64,000 nucleotides of DNA from the human T2T-CHM13v2.0 reference genome, Homo sapiens. Within the stretch, counting starts at the first letter, position 1. Each line of letters starts with the position of its first letter. Below the pieces are notes generated by a model. That model did not search any database, was not told where the DNA came from, and was given only the letters and a program-made list of their open reading frames with translations. The stretch lies in assembly GCF_009914755.1 (NCBI RefSeq), contig NC_060933.1; one strand, 5' to 3'. The position numbers and the translations under genes were made by a program. Of this stretch, positions 15,301-29,500 are shown in pieces.

Positions 15301-18300
15301 CTCGGGTTGATTCCATTCCATTCCATTCCATTCCATTCGATTCCATTCCATTCCAATTCTTTCCATTCCATTCTATTCCGTACCATTCCATTCCATTCCA
15401 TACCATTCCATTCCATTCCATTCCATTCCATTCCGTTCCGTTCCGTTCCGTTCCGTTCCATTCCATTCCATTCCATTTTATTCGGGTTAATTCCATTCCA
15501 TTCCATTCCATTCCATTCTATTCCATTCCATTGCAATCGAGTTGAATCCATTGCATTCCATTCCATTCCATTCCGGAAGATTCCATTCCACTGCATTCCA
15601 TTCCATTCCATTCCCCTGCACTCGCGTTGATTCCATTCCATCCATTCCATTCCATTCCATTCTATTCCGTTCCGTTCCATTCCATTCCATTCCATTCCGT
15701 TCCGTTCCGTTCCATTCCATTCCATTCTATTCGGGTTAATTCCATTCCATTCCATTCGATTGCAATCCAGTTGATTCCATTCCATTCCATTCCATTCCAT
15801 TCCATTCCATTCCTTTCCATTCCATTACGGATGATTCCATTCCATTACATTACATTCCATTCCATTCCCCTGTACTCGGGTTGATTCCATTCCATTCCAT
15901 TCCATTCCATTCTATTCCATTCCATTCCATTCCGGAAGATTCCATTCCATTGCATTCCATTCCATTTCATTCCCCTGCACTCGCGTTGATTCCATTCCAT
16001 TCCATTCCATTCCATTCAATTCCGAATGATGTCATTCCATTGCCTTCCATTCCATTCCATTCCCCTGCACTCGGGTTGATTCCATTCCATTCCATTCCAT
16101 CCCATTCCATTCCATTCCATTCCATTTCGTTCCATTCCATTCTATTCCGTACCATTCCATTCCATTCCATTCCATTCCATTCCATTCCATTCCATTTCCT
16201 TCCATTCCATTCCATTCCATTCCATTCCATTCCATTCCATTCCATTCTATTAGGGTTAATTCCATTCCATTCCATTCCATTCCATGCCATTCCACTCGGG
16301 TTGATTCCATTCCTTTCCATTCCATTCGAGTGGAATCCATTCCATTCCATTCCATTCCATTCCATTCCATTGCACACGGGTTCATTTCATTCCATTCCAT
16401 TCCATTCCATTTCGTTCCATTCCATTCTATTCCATACCATTCCATTCCATTCCATTCCATTAGACTCCATTCCATGCCATTCCACTCGGTTTTATTCCAT
16501 TCGTTTCCATTCCATTCGGGTTGAATCCATTGCATTCCATTCCATTCGATTCCATTACATTGCACTCGTGTTGTTTCCATTCCATTCCATTCCATTCCAT
16601 TCCATTCCATGCCATTCCACTCGGGTTGATTTCATTACATTCCGTTCCATTCGAGTCGAACCCATTCCATTCCATTCCATTCCATTCCATTCCATTCCAA
16701 TCCATTGCACACGTGTTCACTCCATTCCATTCCATTCCATTCCATTCCGTTCCATTTCGTTCCATTCCATTCTATTCTGTACCATTCCATTCCATTCCAT
16801 TCGGTACCATTCCATTCCATTCCAATCCATTCCATTCCATGCCATTCCACTTGGGTTGATTCCCTTCCTTTCCATTCCATTCGGGTTGAATCCATTCCAT
16901 TCCATTCCATTCCATTCCATTCCATTCCATTCCATTCCATTCCTTTCAATTCCATTGCACACGGGTTGGTTCCATTCCATTCCTTTCCGTTCCATTCCGG
17001 ATGACTCCATTTCATTGCATTCCATTCCATTCCATTCCCCTGCACTCGGGTTCATTACCTTCCATTCCATTTACTTCCATTCCATTCCATTCCATTCTAT
17101 TCTGGTTAATTCCATTCCGTTCCATTCCATTCCATTCCATTCCATTCCATTCCATTCCATTCCATTGCAATCGAGTTGATTCCATTCCATTCCATTCAAT
17201 TCCGGATGATTCCATTCCATTGCCTTCAATTCCATTCCATTCCCCTGCACTCGGGTTGATTCCATTCCATTCCATTCCATTCCATTCCATTCCATTTCGT
17301 TCCTTTCCATTCTATTCCGTACCATTCCATTCCATTCCATTCCATTCCATTCCATTCCATTCCATTCCATGCCATTCCACTCGGGTTGATTCCATTCCTT
17401 TCCATTCCATTCGAGTTGAATCCATTCCAATCCATTCCATTCCATTCGATTCCATTCCATTGCACACGGGTTCATTCCATTCCATTCCATTCCATTCCAT
17501 TCCATTCCATTCCATTCCTTTCCATTTCGTTCCATTCCATTCTATTCTGTACCATTCCATTCCATTCCATTCCATTCCATTCCACTCCACTTCATGCCAT
17601 TCCACTCGGGATTATTCCATTCCTTTCCATTCCATTCGGGTTGAATCCATTCCATTCCATTCCATTCCATTCGATTCCATTACATTGCACTCGGGTTGAT
17701 TCCATTCCATTCCATTCCATTCCATTCCACTCCATTCCATGCCATTCCACGCGGGTTTATTCCATTCCTTTCCATTCCATTCGTGTTGAATCCATTCCAT
17801 TCCATTCCATTCCATTCGATTCCATTACACTGCACTCATGTTGATTCCATTCCATTCCACTCCATACCATTCCATTCCATTCCATTCCATTCCATTCCAT
17901 TCCATTCCATTCCGTTCCGTTCCGTTCCGTTCCATTCCATTCCATTCCATTCTATTCGGGTTAATTCCATTCCATTCCATTCCATTCCATTCTATTCCAT
18001 TCCATTGCAATCGAGTTGAATCCATTGCATTTCATGCCATTCCATTCCATTCCATTCCATTCCGGAAGATTCCATTCCATTGCATTCCATTCCATTCCAT
18101 TCCCCTGCACTCGCGTTGATTCCATTCCATTCCATTCCATTCCATTCCATTCCATTCCATTCCGTTCCATTCCGTTCCGTTCCATTCCATTCTATTCCAT
18201 TCCATTCCATTCCATTCCTTTCCGTTCCATTCCATTCCATTCCATTCCATTCTATTTGGGTTAATTCCATTCCATTCCATTCGACTGCAATCGAGTTGAT

Positions 18301-18931
18301 TCCATTCCATTCCATTCCATTCCATTCCATTCCATTCCATTCCATTCCTTTCCATTACATTACGGATGATTCCATTCCATTGCATTCCATTCCATTCCAT
18401 TCCCCTGTACTCGGGTTGATTCCATTCCATTCCATTCCAATCCATGCCATTCCACTCGTATTGATTCCATTCTTTCCATTCCATTCAAGTTGAATCCATT
18501 CCATTGCATTCCATTGCATTCGATTCCATTCGATTGCACTCGGGTTGATTCCATTCCATTGTATTCCATTCCATTCCATTCCATTCCATTCCATTCCATT
18601 CCATTCCGTTCCATTCCATTCCATTACATTCGGATTGATTCTATTCAATTCCCTTACACTCCATTACATTCCATTCCATTCGGGTAGTTTCCATTCCATT
18701 CCATTCCATTCCTCTCCATTCCATTGCACTCGGGTTGATTCCATTCCATTGCATTCCATTCCATACCATTCAATTCCATTCCGTTCCATTCCATTCCATT
18801 ACATTCGGATTGATTCTATTCAACTCCCTTACTCTCCATTACATTCGATTGCATTCGGGTTGTTCAATTCCATTCCATTCCATTCCACTCCATTCCATTG
18901 CACTCGGGTTGATTCCATTCCATTCCATTCC
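12370..18931 (+). repeat. Higher-order repeat A, copy 3 (~6.56 kb) with an internal B-type replacement
   Basis: A landmarks at ~12648 and ~13956, and again from ~16017 onward. About 14630-16010 departs from the A consensus. Confidence 0.88.
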
Positions 18932-21900
18932 ATTCCGGAAGATTCCATTCCATTGCATTCCATTACATTCCATTCCCCTGCACTCGCGTTGATTCCATTC
19001 CATTCCATTCCATTCCATTGCATTCCATTGCATTCTATTCCCCTGCACTCAGGTTGATTCCATTCCATTCCATTCCATTCCATTCCATTCCATTCCATTC
19101 CATTCCATTCCATTCCATTCTATTCGCGTTAATTCCATTCCACTCCATTCCATTACATTCCATTGCAATCGACTTGATTCCATTCCATTCCATTCCATTC
19201 AAGTCCTTTCCATTCCATTCCACTCGTGTTGATTCCATTTTATTAGTTTCCATTCCATTCCATTCCCTTCCATTCCACTCTGGTTGATTCCATTCCTTTC
19301 CATTCCACTCGAATTCATTCCCTTCTATTCCACTCGGAATGATTCCATTCTATTCCGTTCCATTCCATTCCATTTCGTTCCATTCCATTTTATTCCGTAC
19401 CATTCCATTCCATTCCATTCCATTCCATTACATTACATTCCATTCCATTCCATTCCATGCCATTCCACTCGGGTTGATTCCATTGCTTTCCATTCCATTT
19501 GGGTTGAATCCATTCCATTCCATTCCATTCCATTCCATTCCATTCAATTGCACTAGGTTTGATTCCATTCCACTGCATTCCATTCCATTCCATTCAATTC
19601 CATTCCATTCCATTCCATTCCATTCCATTCCATTCCATTCCCCTGCACTCGGGTTCATTCCATTCCATTCCATTTACTTCCATTCCATTCCATTCCATTC
19701 CATTCCATGCCATTCCACTCGCGTTGATTCCATTCCCTTCCATTCCATTAGAGTTGAATCCATTCCATTCCATTCCATTCCATTCCATTCCATTCCATTG
19801 CACACGGGTTCATTCCATTCCATTCCATTCCATTCCCTTACATTCCATTTCGTTACATTCCATTCTATTCCGTACCATTCCATTCCATTCCATTCCATTC
19901 CATTCCACTCCATTCCATGGCATTCCACTCGGGTATATTCCATTCCTTTTAATTCCATTCGGGTTGAATCCATTCCATTCCATTCCATTCGATTCCATTA
20001 CATTGCACTCGGGTTGATTCCATTCCATTCCATTCCATTACATTTCATTCCATTCCATTCCATTCCATTTCATTCAATTCCATTCCATTCCATGCCATTC
20101 CACTCGTGTTGATTCCATTCCTTTCCATTCCATTACATTTCATTCCATTCCATTCCATTCCATTTCATTCAATTCCATTCCATTCCATGCCATTCCACTC
20201 GTGTTGATTCCATTCCTTTCCATTCCATTCGAGTTGAACCCATTCCATTCCATTCCATTCCATTCCATTCCATTCCGTTCCATTCCATTGCACGCGGGTT
20301 CATTCCATTCCATTCCGTTCCATTCCATTCCATTCCATTCCAGTCCATTCCATTACATTCCATTTCGTTCCATTCCATTCTATTCCGTACGATTCCATTG
20401 CATTCCATTCCATTCCATTCCTTTCCATTCCATTGAATTCGAGTTGATTCCATTCCATTCCGTTCCATTCCATTCCATTCCATTCCATTCCGGATGATTC
20501 CATTCCACTGCATTCCATTCCATTAAATTCCCCTGCACTTGGAGTGATTCCTTTCCATTCTATTCCATTCCATTCCATTCCATTCCATTCCATTTCATTG
20601 CAATCGAGTTGATTCCATTGCATTCCATTCCATTCCATTCCAGTCCTTTCCATTCCATTCCACTCGGGTTGATTCCATTCTATTCCTTTCCATTCCATTC
20701 GATTCCATTCCATTCCACTCTGGTTGATACCATTCCTTTTCATTCCACTCGAAAACATTCCCTTCTATTCCACTCGGAATGATTCCATTCCATTCCATTC
20801 CATTCCATTCCATTCCATTCCATTCCGTTTCGTTCCATTACATTCTATTCCGTACCATTCCACTCCATTCCATTCCATTCCATTCCATGCCATTCCTCTC
20901 GGGTTGATTCCATTCCTTTCCATTCCATTCGGGTTGAATCCATTCCATTCCATTCCTTTCCATTCCATTCCATTCCATTGCACTCGGGTTGATTCCATTC
21001 CATTCCATTCCGTTCCATTCCGGATGACTCCATTCCATTGCATTCCATTCCATTCCATTCCCCTGCACTCGGTTTCATTACATTCCATTCCATTCACTTC
21101 CATTCCATTCCATTCCATTCCATTCCATTCCATTCCATTCCATTTCGTTCCATTCCATTCTATTCCGTACCATTCCATTCCATTCCATTCCATTCCATTC
21201 CATTCCATTCCATTTCCTTCCATTCCATTCCATTCCATTCCATTCCATTCCATTCCATTCCATTCCATTTCCTTCCATTCCATTCCATTCCATTCCATTC
21301 CATTCCATTCCATTTCCTTCCATTCCATTCCATTCCATTCCATTCCATTCCATTCTATTAGGGTTAATTCCATTCCATTCCATTCCATTCCATTCCGTTC
21401 CATGCCATTCCACTCGGGTTCATTCCATTCCTTTCCATTCCATTCGAGTTGGATCCATTCCATTCCATTCTATTCCATTCCATTCCTTTCCATTCCATTC
21501 AATTCCATTCTATTCCGGTTAATTCCATTCCATTCCATTCCATTCCATTCCATTCCATTTCATTGCAATCGAGTTGATTCCATTGCATTCCATTCCATTC
21601 CATTCCAGTCCTTTCCATTCCATTCCACTCGGGTTGATTCCATTCTATTCCTTTCCATTCCATTCGATTGCATTCCATTCCGCTCGATTCCATTCCATTC
21701 CACTCTGGTTGATTCCATTCCTTTTCATTCCACTCGAAAACATTCCCTTCTATTCCACTCGGAATGATTCCATTCCATTCCATTCCATTCCATTCCATTT
21801 CGTTCCATTACATTCTATTCTGTACCATTCCACTCCATTCCATTCCATTCCATTCCATGCCATTCCTCTCGGGTTGATTCCATTCCTTTCAATTCCATTC

Positions 21901-23500
21901 GGGTTGAGTCCATTCCATTCCATTCCTTTCCATTCCATTCCATTCCATTGCACTCGGGTTGATTCCATTCCATTCCATTCCGTTCCATTCCGGATGACTC
22001 CATTCCATTGCATTCCATTCCATTCCATTCCCCTGCACTCGGTTTCATTACATTCCATTCCATTCACTTCCATTCCATTCCATTCTATTCCATTCCATTC
22101 CATTCCATTCCATTCCAATCGAGTTGATTCCATTCCATTCCATTCCATTCCATTCAATTCCGAATGATGTCATTCCATTGCCTTCCATTCCATTCCATTC
22201 CCCTGCACTCGGGTTGATTCCATTCCATTCCATTCCATCCCATTCCATTCCATTCCATTCCATTTCGTTCCATTCCATTCTATTCCGTACCATTCCATTC
22301 CATTCCATTCCATTCCATTCCATTCCATTCCATTTCCTTCCATTCCATTCCATTCCATTCCATTCCATTCCATTCCATTCTATTAGGGTTAATTCCATTC
22401 CATTCCATTCCATTCCATGCCATTCCACTCGGGTTGATTCCATTCCTTTCCATTCCATTCGAGTTGAATCCATTCCATTCCATTCCATTCCATTCCATTC
22501 CATTGCACACGGGTTCATTTCATTCCATTCCATTCCATTCCATTTCGTTCCATTCCATTCTATTCCATACCATTCCATTCCATTCCATTCCATTAGACTC
22601 CATTCCATGCCATTCCACTCGGTTTTATTCCATTCGTTTCCATTCCATTCGGGTTGAATCCATTGCATTCCATTCCATTCGATTCCATTACATTGCACTC
22701 GTGTTGTTTCCATTCCATTCCATTCCATTCCATTCCATTCCATGCCATTCCACTCGGGTTGATTTCATTACATTCCGTTCCATTCGAGTCGAACCCATTC
22801 CATTCCATTCCATTCCATTCCATTCCAATCCATTGCACACGTGTTCACTCCATTCCATTCCATTCCATTCCATTCCATTCCATTTCGTTCCATTCCATTC
22901 TATTCGGTACCATTCCATTCCATTCCATTCGGTACCATTCCATTCCATTCCAATCCATTCCATTCCATGCCATTCCACTTGGGTTGATTCCCTTCCTTTC
23001 CATTCCATTCGGGTTGAATCCATTCCATTCCATTCCATTCCATTCCATTCCATTCCATTCCATTCCTTTCAATTCCATTGCACACGGGTTGGTTCCATTC
23101 CATTCCTTTCCGTTCCATTCCGGATGACTCCATTTCATTGCATTCCATTCCATTCCATTCCCCTGCACTCGGGTTCATTACCTTCCATTCCATTTACTTC
23201 CATTCCATTCCATTCCATTCTATTCGGGTTAATTCCATTCCATTCCATTCCATTCCATTCCATTCCATTCCATTCCATTCCATTCCATTCCATTGCAATC
23301 GAGTTGATTCCATTCCATTCCATTCAATTCCGGATGATTCCATTCCATTGCCTTCAATTCCATTCCATTCCCCTGCACTCGGGTTGATTCCATTCCATTC
23401 CATTCCATTCCATTCCATTCCATTCCATTTCATTCCATTCCATTTCGTTCCTTTCCATTCTATTCCGTACCATTCCATTCCATTCCATTCCATTCCAGTC
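18932..23500 (+). repeat. Higher-order repeat A, copy 4 (3'-truncated)
   Basis: A landmarks at ~19225, ~20523 and ~22160. Switches to B-type sequence at ~23490-23535 across the shared motif CATGCCATTCCACTCGTGTTGATTCCATTC. Confidence 0.87.
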
Positions 23501-26500
23501 CATTCCATGCCATTCCACTCGTGTTGATTCCATTCTTTCCATTCCATTCAAGTTGAATCCATTCCATTGCATTCCATTCCATTCCATTCCCCTGCAGTCG
23601 GGTTGATTCCATTCCATTCCATTCCATTCCATTCCATTCCGTTCCGTTCCGTTCCGTTCCATTCCATTCCATTCCATTCTATTCGGGTTAATTCCATTCC
23701 ATTCCATTGCATTCCATTCCAGTCGAGTTGATTCCATTCCATTCCATTCCATTCCATTCCACTCCATTCCAGTCCTTTCCATTCCATTCCACTCGGGTTG
23801 ATTCCAATGTATTCCTTTCCATTCCATTCCATTCCATTGCAATCGAGTTGATTCCATTGCTTTGCATTCCATTCCATTCCATTCCATTCCGGATGATTCC
23901 ATTCCATTGCATTCCATTCCATTCCATTCCATTCCATTCCATTCCATTCCATTCCCTTCCATTCCATTCCATTACATTCGGATTGATTCTATTCAATTCC
24001 CTTACACTCCATTACATTCCATTCCATTAGGGTAGTTTCCATTCCATTCCATTCCATTCCTCTCCATTCCATTGCACTCGGGTTGATTCCATTCCATTGC
24101 ATTCCATTCCATTCCATTCAATTCCATTCCGTTCCATTCCATTCCATTACATTTGGATTGATTCTATTCAACTCCCTTACTCTCCGTTACATTCCATTCC
24201 ATTCGGGTTGTTCCATTCCATTCCATTCCATTCCACTCCATTCCATTGCACTCGGGTTTATTCCATTCCGTTCCATTCAATTCCATTCCATTCCGGAGGA
24301 TTCCATTCCATTGCATTCCATTCCATTCCATTCCCCTGCACTCGCGTTGATTCCATTCCATTCCATTCCATTCCATTCCATTCCATTCCTTTCCGTTCCA
24401 TTCCATTCCATTCCATTGCATTCCAATTCATTCCATTCCGTTCCGTTACGTTCCATTCCATTCCATTCCATTCTATTCGGGTTAATTCCATTCCATTCCA
24501 TTCGATTGCAATCGAGTTGATTCCATTCCATTCTATTCCATTCCATTCCATTCCATTCCATTCCTTTCCATTCCATTCCATTACGGATGATTCCATTCCA
24601 TTGCATTCCATTCAATTCCATTCCCCTGTACTCGGGTTGATTCCATTGCATTCCATTCCAATCCATGCCATTCCACTCGTGTTGATTCCATTCTTTCCAT
24701 TCCATTCAAGTTGAATCCATTCCATTGCATTCCATTCCATTCCATTCCCCTGCAGTCGGGTTGATTCCATTCCATTCCATTCCATTCCATTCCATTCCAT
24801 TCCGTTCCGTTCCGTTCCATTCCATTCCATTCCACTCCATTCCAGTCCTTTCCATTCCATTCCACTCGGGTTGATTCCAATGTATTCCTTTCCATTCCAT
24901 TCCATTCCATTGCAATCGAGTTGATTCCATTGCTTTGCATTCCATTCCATTCCATTCCATTTCGGATGATTCCATTCCATTGCATTCCATTCCATTCCAT
25001 TCCCCTGCACTCGGGTTGATTACATTCCATTTCACTCCATTCCGTTCCATTCCATTCCATTCCATTTTATTCGGGTTAATTCCATTCCATTCCATTCCAT
25101 TCCATTCCATTACAATCGAGTTGATTCCATTCCATTCCATTCCATTCCAGTCCTTTCCATTCCATTCCACTCGGGTTGATTCCATTCTATTAATTTCCAT
25201 TCCATTCCATTCCCTTCCATTCCACTCTGGTTGATACCATTCCTTTCCATTCCACTCGAATACATTCCCTCCTATTCCACTCGGAACGATTCCATTCCAT
25301 TCCATTCCATTCCATTCCATTCCATTCCATTTCGTTCCATTCCATTCTATTCCGTATCATTCCATTCCATTCCATTCCATTCCATTCCATTCCATTCCGT
25401 TCTATTCCATTCCATTACATTCGGATTGATTCTATTCAACTCCCTTACTGTCCATTACATTCCATTCCATTCGGGTTGTTCCATTCCATTCCATTCCATT
25501 CCACTCCATTCCATTGCACTCGGGTTGATTCCATTCCATTCCATTCCATTCCATTCCATTCCATTCCATTCCGGATGATTCCATTCCATTGCATTCCGTT
25601 CCATTACATTCCCCTGCACTCGCGTTGATTCCATTCCATTCCATTCAATTCCATTCCATTACAATTCGTTCCATTCCATTCTATTCCGTACCATTCCATT
25701 CCATTCCATACCATTCCATTCCATTCCATTCCATTCCGTTCCGTTCCATTCCGTTCCATTCCATTCCATTCCATTCTATTCGGATTAATTCCATTCCATG
25801 CCATTCCATTCCATTCTATTCCATTCCATTGCAATCGAGTTGAATCCATTGCATTTCATTCCATTCCATTCCATTCCATTCCATTCCGGAAGATTCCATT
25901 CCATTGCATTCCATTGCATTCCATTCCCCTGCACTCGCGTTGATTGCATTCCATTCCATTCCATTCCATTCCGTTCCGTTCCGTTCCATTCCATTCCATT
26001 CCATTCCATTCCATTCCGTTCCGTTCCATTCCATTCCATTCCATTCTATTCGGGTTAATTCCATTCCATTCCATTCCATTGCAATCGAGTTGATTCCATT
26101 CCATTCTATTCCATTCCATTCCATTCCATTCCATTCCTTTCCATTCCATTACGGATGATTCCATTCCATTGCATTCCATTCCATTCCATTCCCCTGTACT
26201 CGGGTTGATTCCATTCCATTCCATTCCAATCCATGCCATTCCACTCGTGTTGATTCCATTCTTTCCATTCCATTCAAGTTGAATCCATTCCATTGCATTC
26301 CATTCCATTCCATTCCCCTGCATTCGGGTTGATTCCATTCCATTCCATTCCATTCCATTCCATTCCATTCCGTTCCGTTCCGTTCCATTCCATTCCATTC
26401 CATTCTATTCGGGTTACTTCCATTCCATTCCATTCCATTCCATTCCATTCCAATCGAGTTGATTCCATTCCATTCCATTCCATTCCATTCCACTCCATTC

Positions 26501-29500
26501 CAGTCCTTTCAATTCCATTCCACTCGGGTTGATTCCAATGTATTCCATTCCATTCCATTCCATTCCATTGTAATCGAGTTGATTCCATTGCTTTGCATTC
26601 CATTCCATTCCATTCCATTCCGGATGATTCCATTCCATTGCATTCCATTCCATTCCATTCCCCTGCACTCGGGTTGATTCCATTCCATTCCACTCCATTC
26701 CGTTCCGTTCCATTCCATTCCATTGTACTCGGGTTAATTCCATTCCATTCCATTCCATTCCATTCCATTCCATTCCATTACAATCGAGTTGATTCCATTC
26801 CATTCCATTCCATTCCAGTCCTTTCCATTCCATTCCACTCGGGTTGATTCCATTCTATTAGTTTCCATTCCATTCCATTCCCTTCCATTCCACTCTGGTT
26901 GATACCATTCCTTTCCATTCCACTCGAATACATTCCCTCCTATTCCACTCGGAACGATTCCATTCCATTCCATTCCATTCCATTCCATTCCATTCCATTC
27001 CATTCCATTCCATTTCGTTCCATTCCATTCTATTCCGTATCATTCCATTCCATTCCATTCCATTCCATTCCATTCCATTGTACTCGGGTTGATTCAATTC
27101 CATTGCATTCCATTCCATTCCATTCCATTCCATTCCATTCCGTTGCATTCCATTCCATTACATTCGGATTGATTCTATTCAACTCCCTTACTCTCCATTA
27201 CATTCCATTCCATTAGGGTTGTTCCATTCCATTCCATTCCATTCCACTCCATTCCATTGCACTCGGGTTGATTCCATTCCATTCCATTCCATTCCATTCC
27301 ATTCCATTCCATTCTATTCCGGATGATTCCATTCCATTGCATTCCGTTCCATTACATTTCCCTGCACTCGCGTTTATTCCATTCCATTCAATTCCATTCC
27401 ATTCCATTACATTACATTACAATTCGTTCCATTCCATTCTATTCCGTACCATTCCACTCCATTCCATACCATTCCATTCCATTCCATTCCATTCCATTCC
27501 ATTCCGTTCCATTCCGTTCCATTCCATTCCATTCCATTCTATTCGGATTAATTCCATTCCATTCCATTCTATTCCATTCCATTGCAATCGAGTTGATTCC
27601 ATTCCATTCCATTCCATTCCATTCCATTCCATACCATTCCGGAAGATTCCATTCCATTGCATTCCATTCCATTCCATTCCCCTGCACTCGCGTTGATTCC
27701 ATTCCATTCCATTCTATTCCATTCCATTCCCTTCCTTTCCGTTCCATTCCATTCCATTCCATTCCATTTCATTCCATTCCGTTCCGTTCCATTCCATTCC
27801 ATTCCATTCCATTCCATTCCATTCCGTTCCGTTCCATTCCATTCCATTCCATTCTATTCGGGTTAATTCCATTCCATTTCATTCGATTGCAATCGAGTTG
27901 ATTCCATTCCATTCCATTCCATTCCATTCCATTCCATTCCATTCCATTCCTTTCCATTCCATTACGGATGATTCCATTCCATTGCATTCCATTCCATTCC
28001 ATTCCCCTGTACTCGGGTTGATTCCATTACATTCCATTCCAATCCATGCCATTCCACTCGTGTTGATTCCATTCTTTCCATTCCATTCAAGTTGAATCCA
28101 TTCCATTACATTCCATTCCATTCGATTCCATTCGATTGCACTCGGGTTGATTCCATTCCATTGCATTCCATTCCATTCCGTTCCATTCCATTCCATTCCA
28201 TTCCATTCCGTTCCATTCCATTCCATTACATTCTGATTGATTCTATTCAATTCCCTTACACTCCATTCCATTCCATTCCATTCGGGTAGTTTCCATTCCA
28301 TTCCATTCCATTCCTCTCCATTCCATTGAACTCGGGTTGATTCCATTCCATTGCATTCCATTCCATTCCATTCAATTCCATTCCGTTCCATTCCATTCCA
28401 TTACATTCGGATTTATTCTATTCAACTCCCTTACTCTCCATTACATTCCATTCCATTCGGGTTGTTCCATTCCATTCCATTCCATTCCACTCCATTCCAT
28501 TTCACTCGGGTTTATTCCATTCCATTCCATTCCATTCCATTCCGGAAGATTCCATTAAATTCCATTCCATTCCATTCCATTCCCCTGCACTCGTGTTGAT
28601 TCCATTCCATTCCATTCCATTCCATTCCATTCCATTCCATTCCGTTCCGTTCCATTCCATTCCATTCCATTCCATTCCAATCCATTCCGTTCCGTTCCGT
28701 TCCGTTCCATTCCATTCCATTCCATTCTATTCGGGTTAATTCCATTCCATTCCATTCGATTGCAATCGAGTTGATTCCATTCCATTCCATTCCATTCCAT
28801 TCCATTCCATTCCTTTCCATTCCATTACGGATGATTAAATTCCGTTGCATTCCATTCCATTCCATTCCCCTGTAGTCGGGTTGATTCCATTCCATTCCAT
28901 TCCAATCCATGCCATTCCACTCGTGTTGATTCCATTCTTTCCATTCCATTCAAGTTGAATCCATTCCATTGCATTCCATTCCATTCCATTCCCCTGCAGT
29001 CGGGTTGTTTCCATTCCATTCCATTCCATTCCATTCCATTCCATTCCATTCCGTTCCGTTCCATTCCATTCCATTCCATTCTATTCGGATTAATTCCATT
29101 CCATTCCATTCCATTCCATTCCATTACATTCCATTCCATTCCAATCGAGTTGATTCCATTCCATTCCATTCCATTCCATTCCACTCCATTCCAGTCCTTT
29201 CCATTCCATTCCACTCGGGTTGATTCCAATGTATTCCTTTCCATTCCATTCCATTCCATTGCAATCGAGTTGATTCCATTGCTTTGTATTCCATTCCATT
29301 CCATTCCATTCCGGATGATTCCATTTCATTGCATTCCATTCCATTCCATTCCCCTGCACTCGGGTTGATTCCATTCGATTCCACTCCATTCCGTTCCATT
29401 CCATTCCATTGCATTGTATTCGGGTTAATTCCATTCCATTCCATTCCATTCCATTCCATTCCATTCCATTCCATTACAGTCGAGTTGATTCCATTCCATT

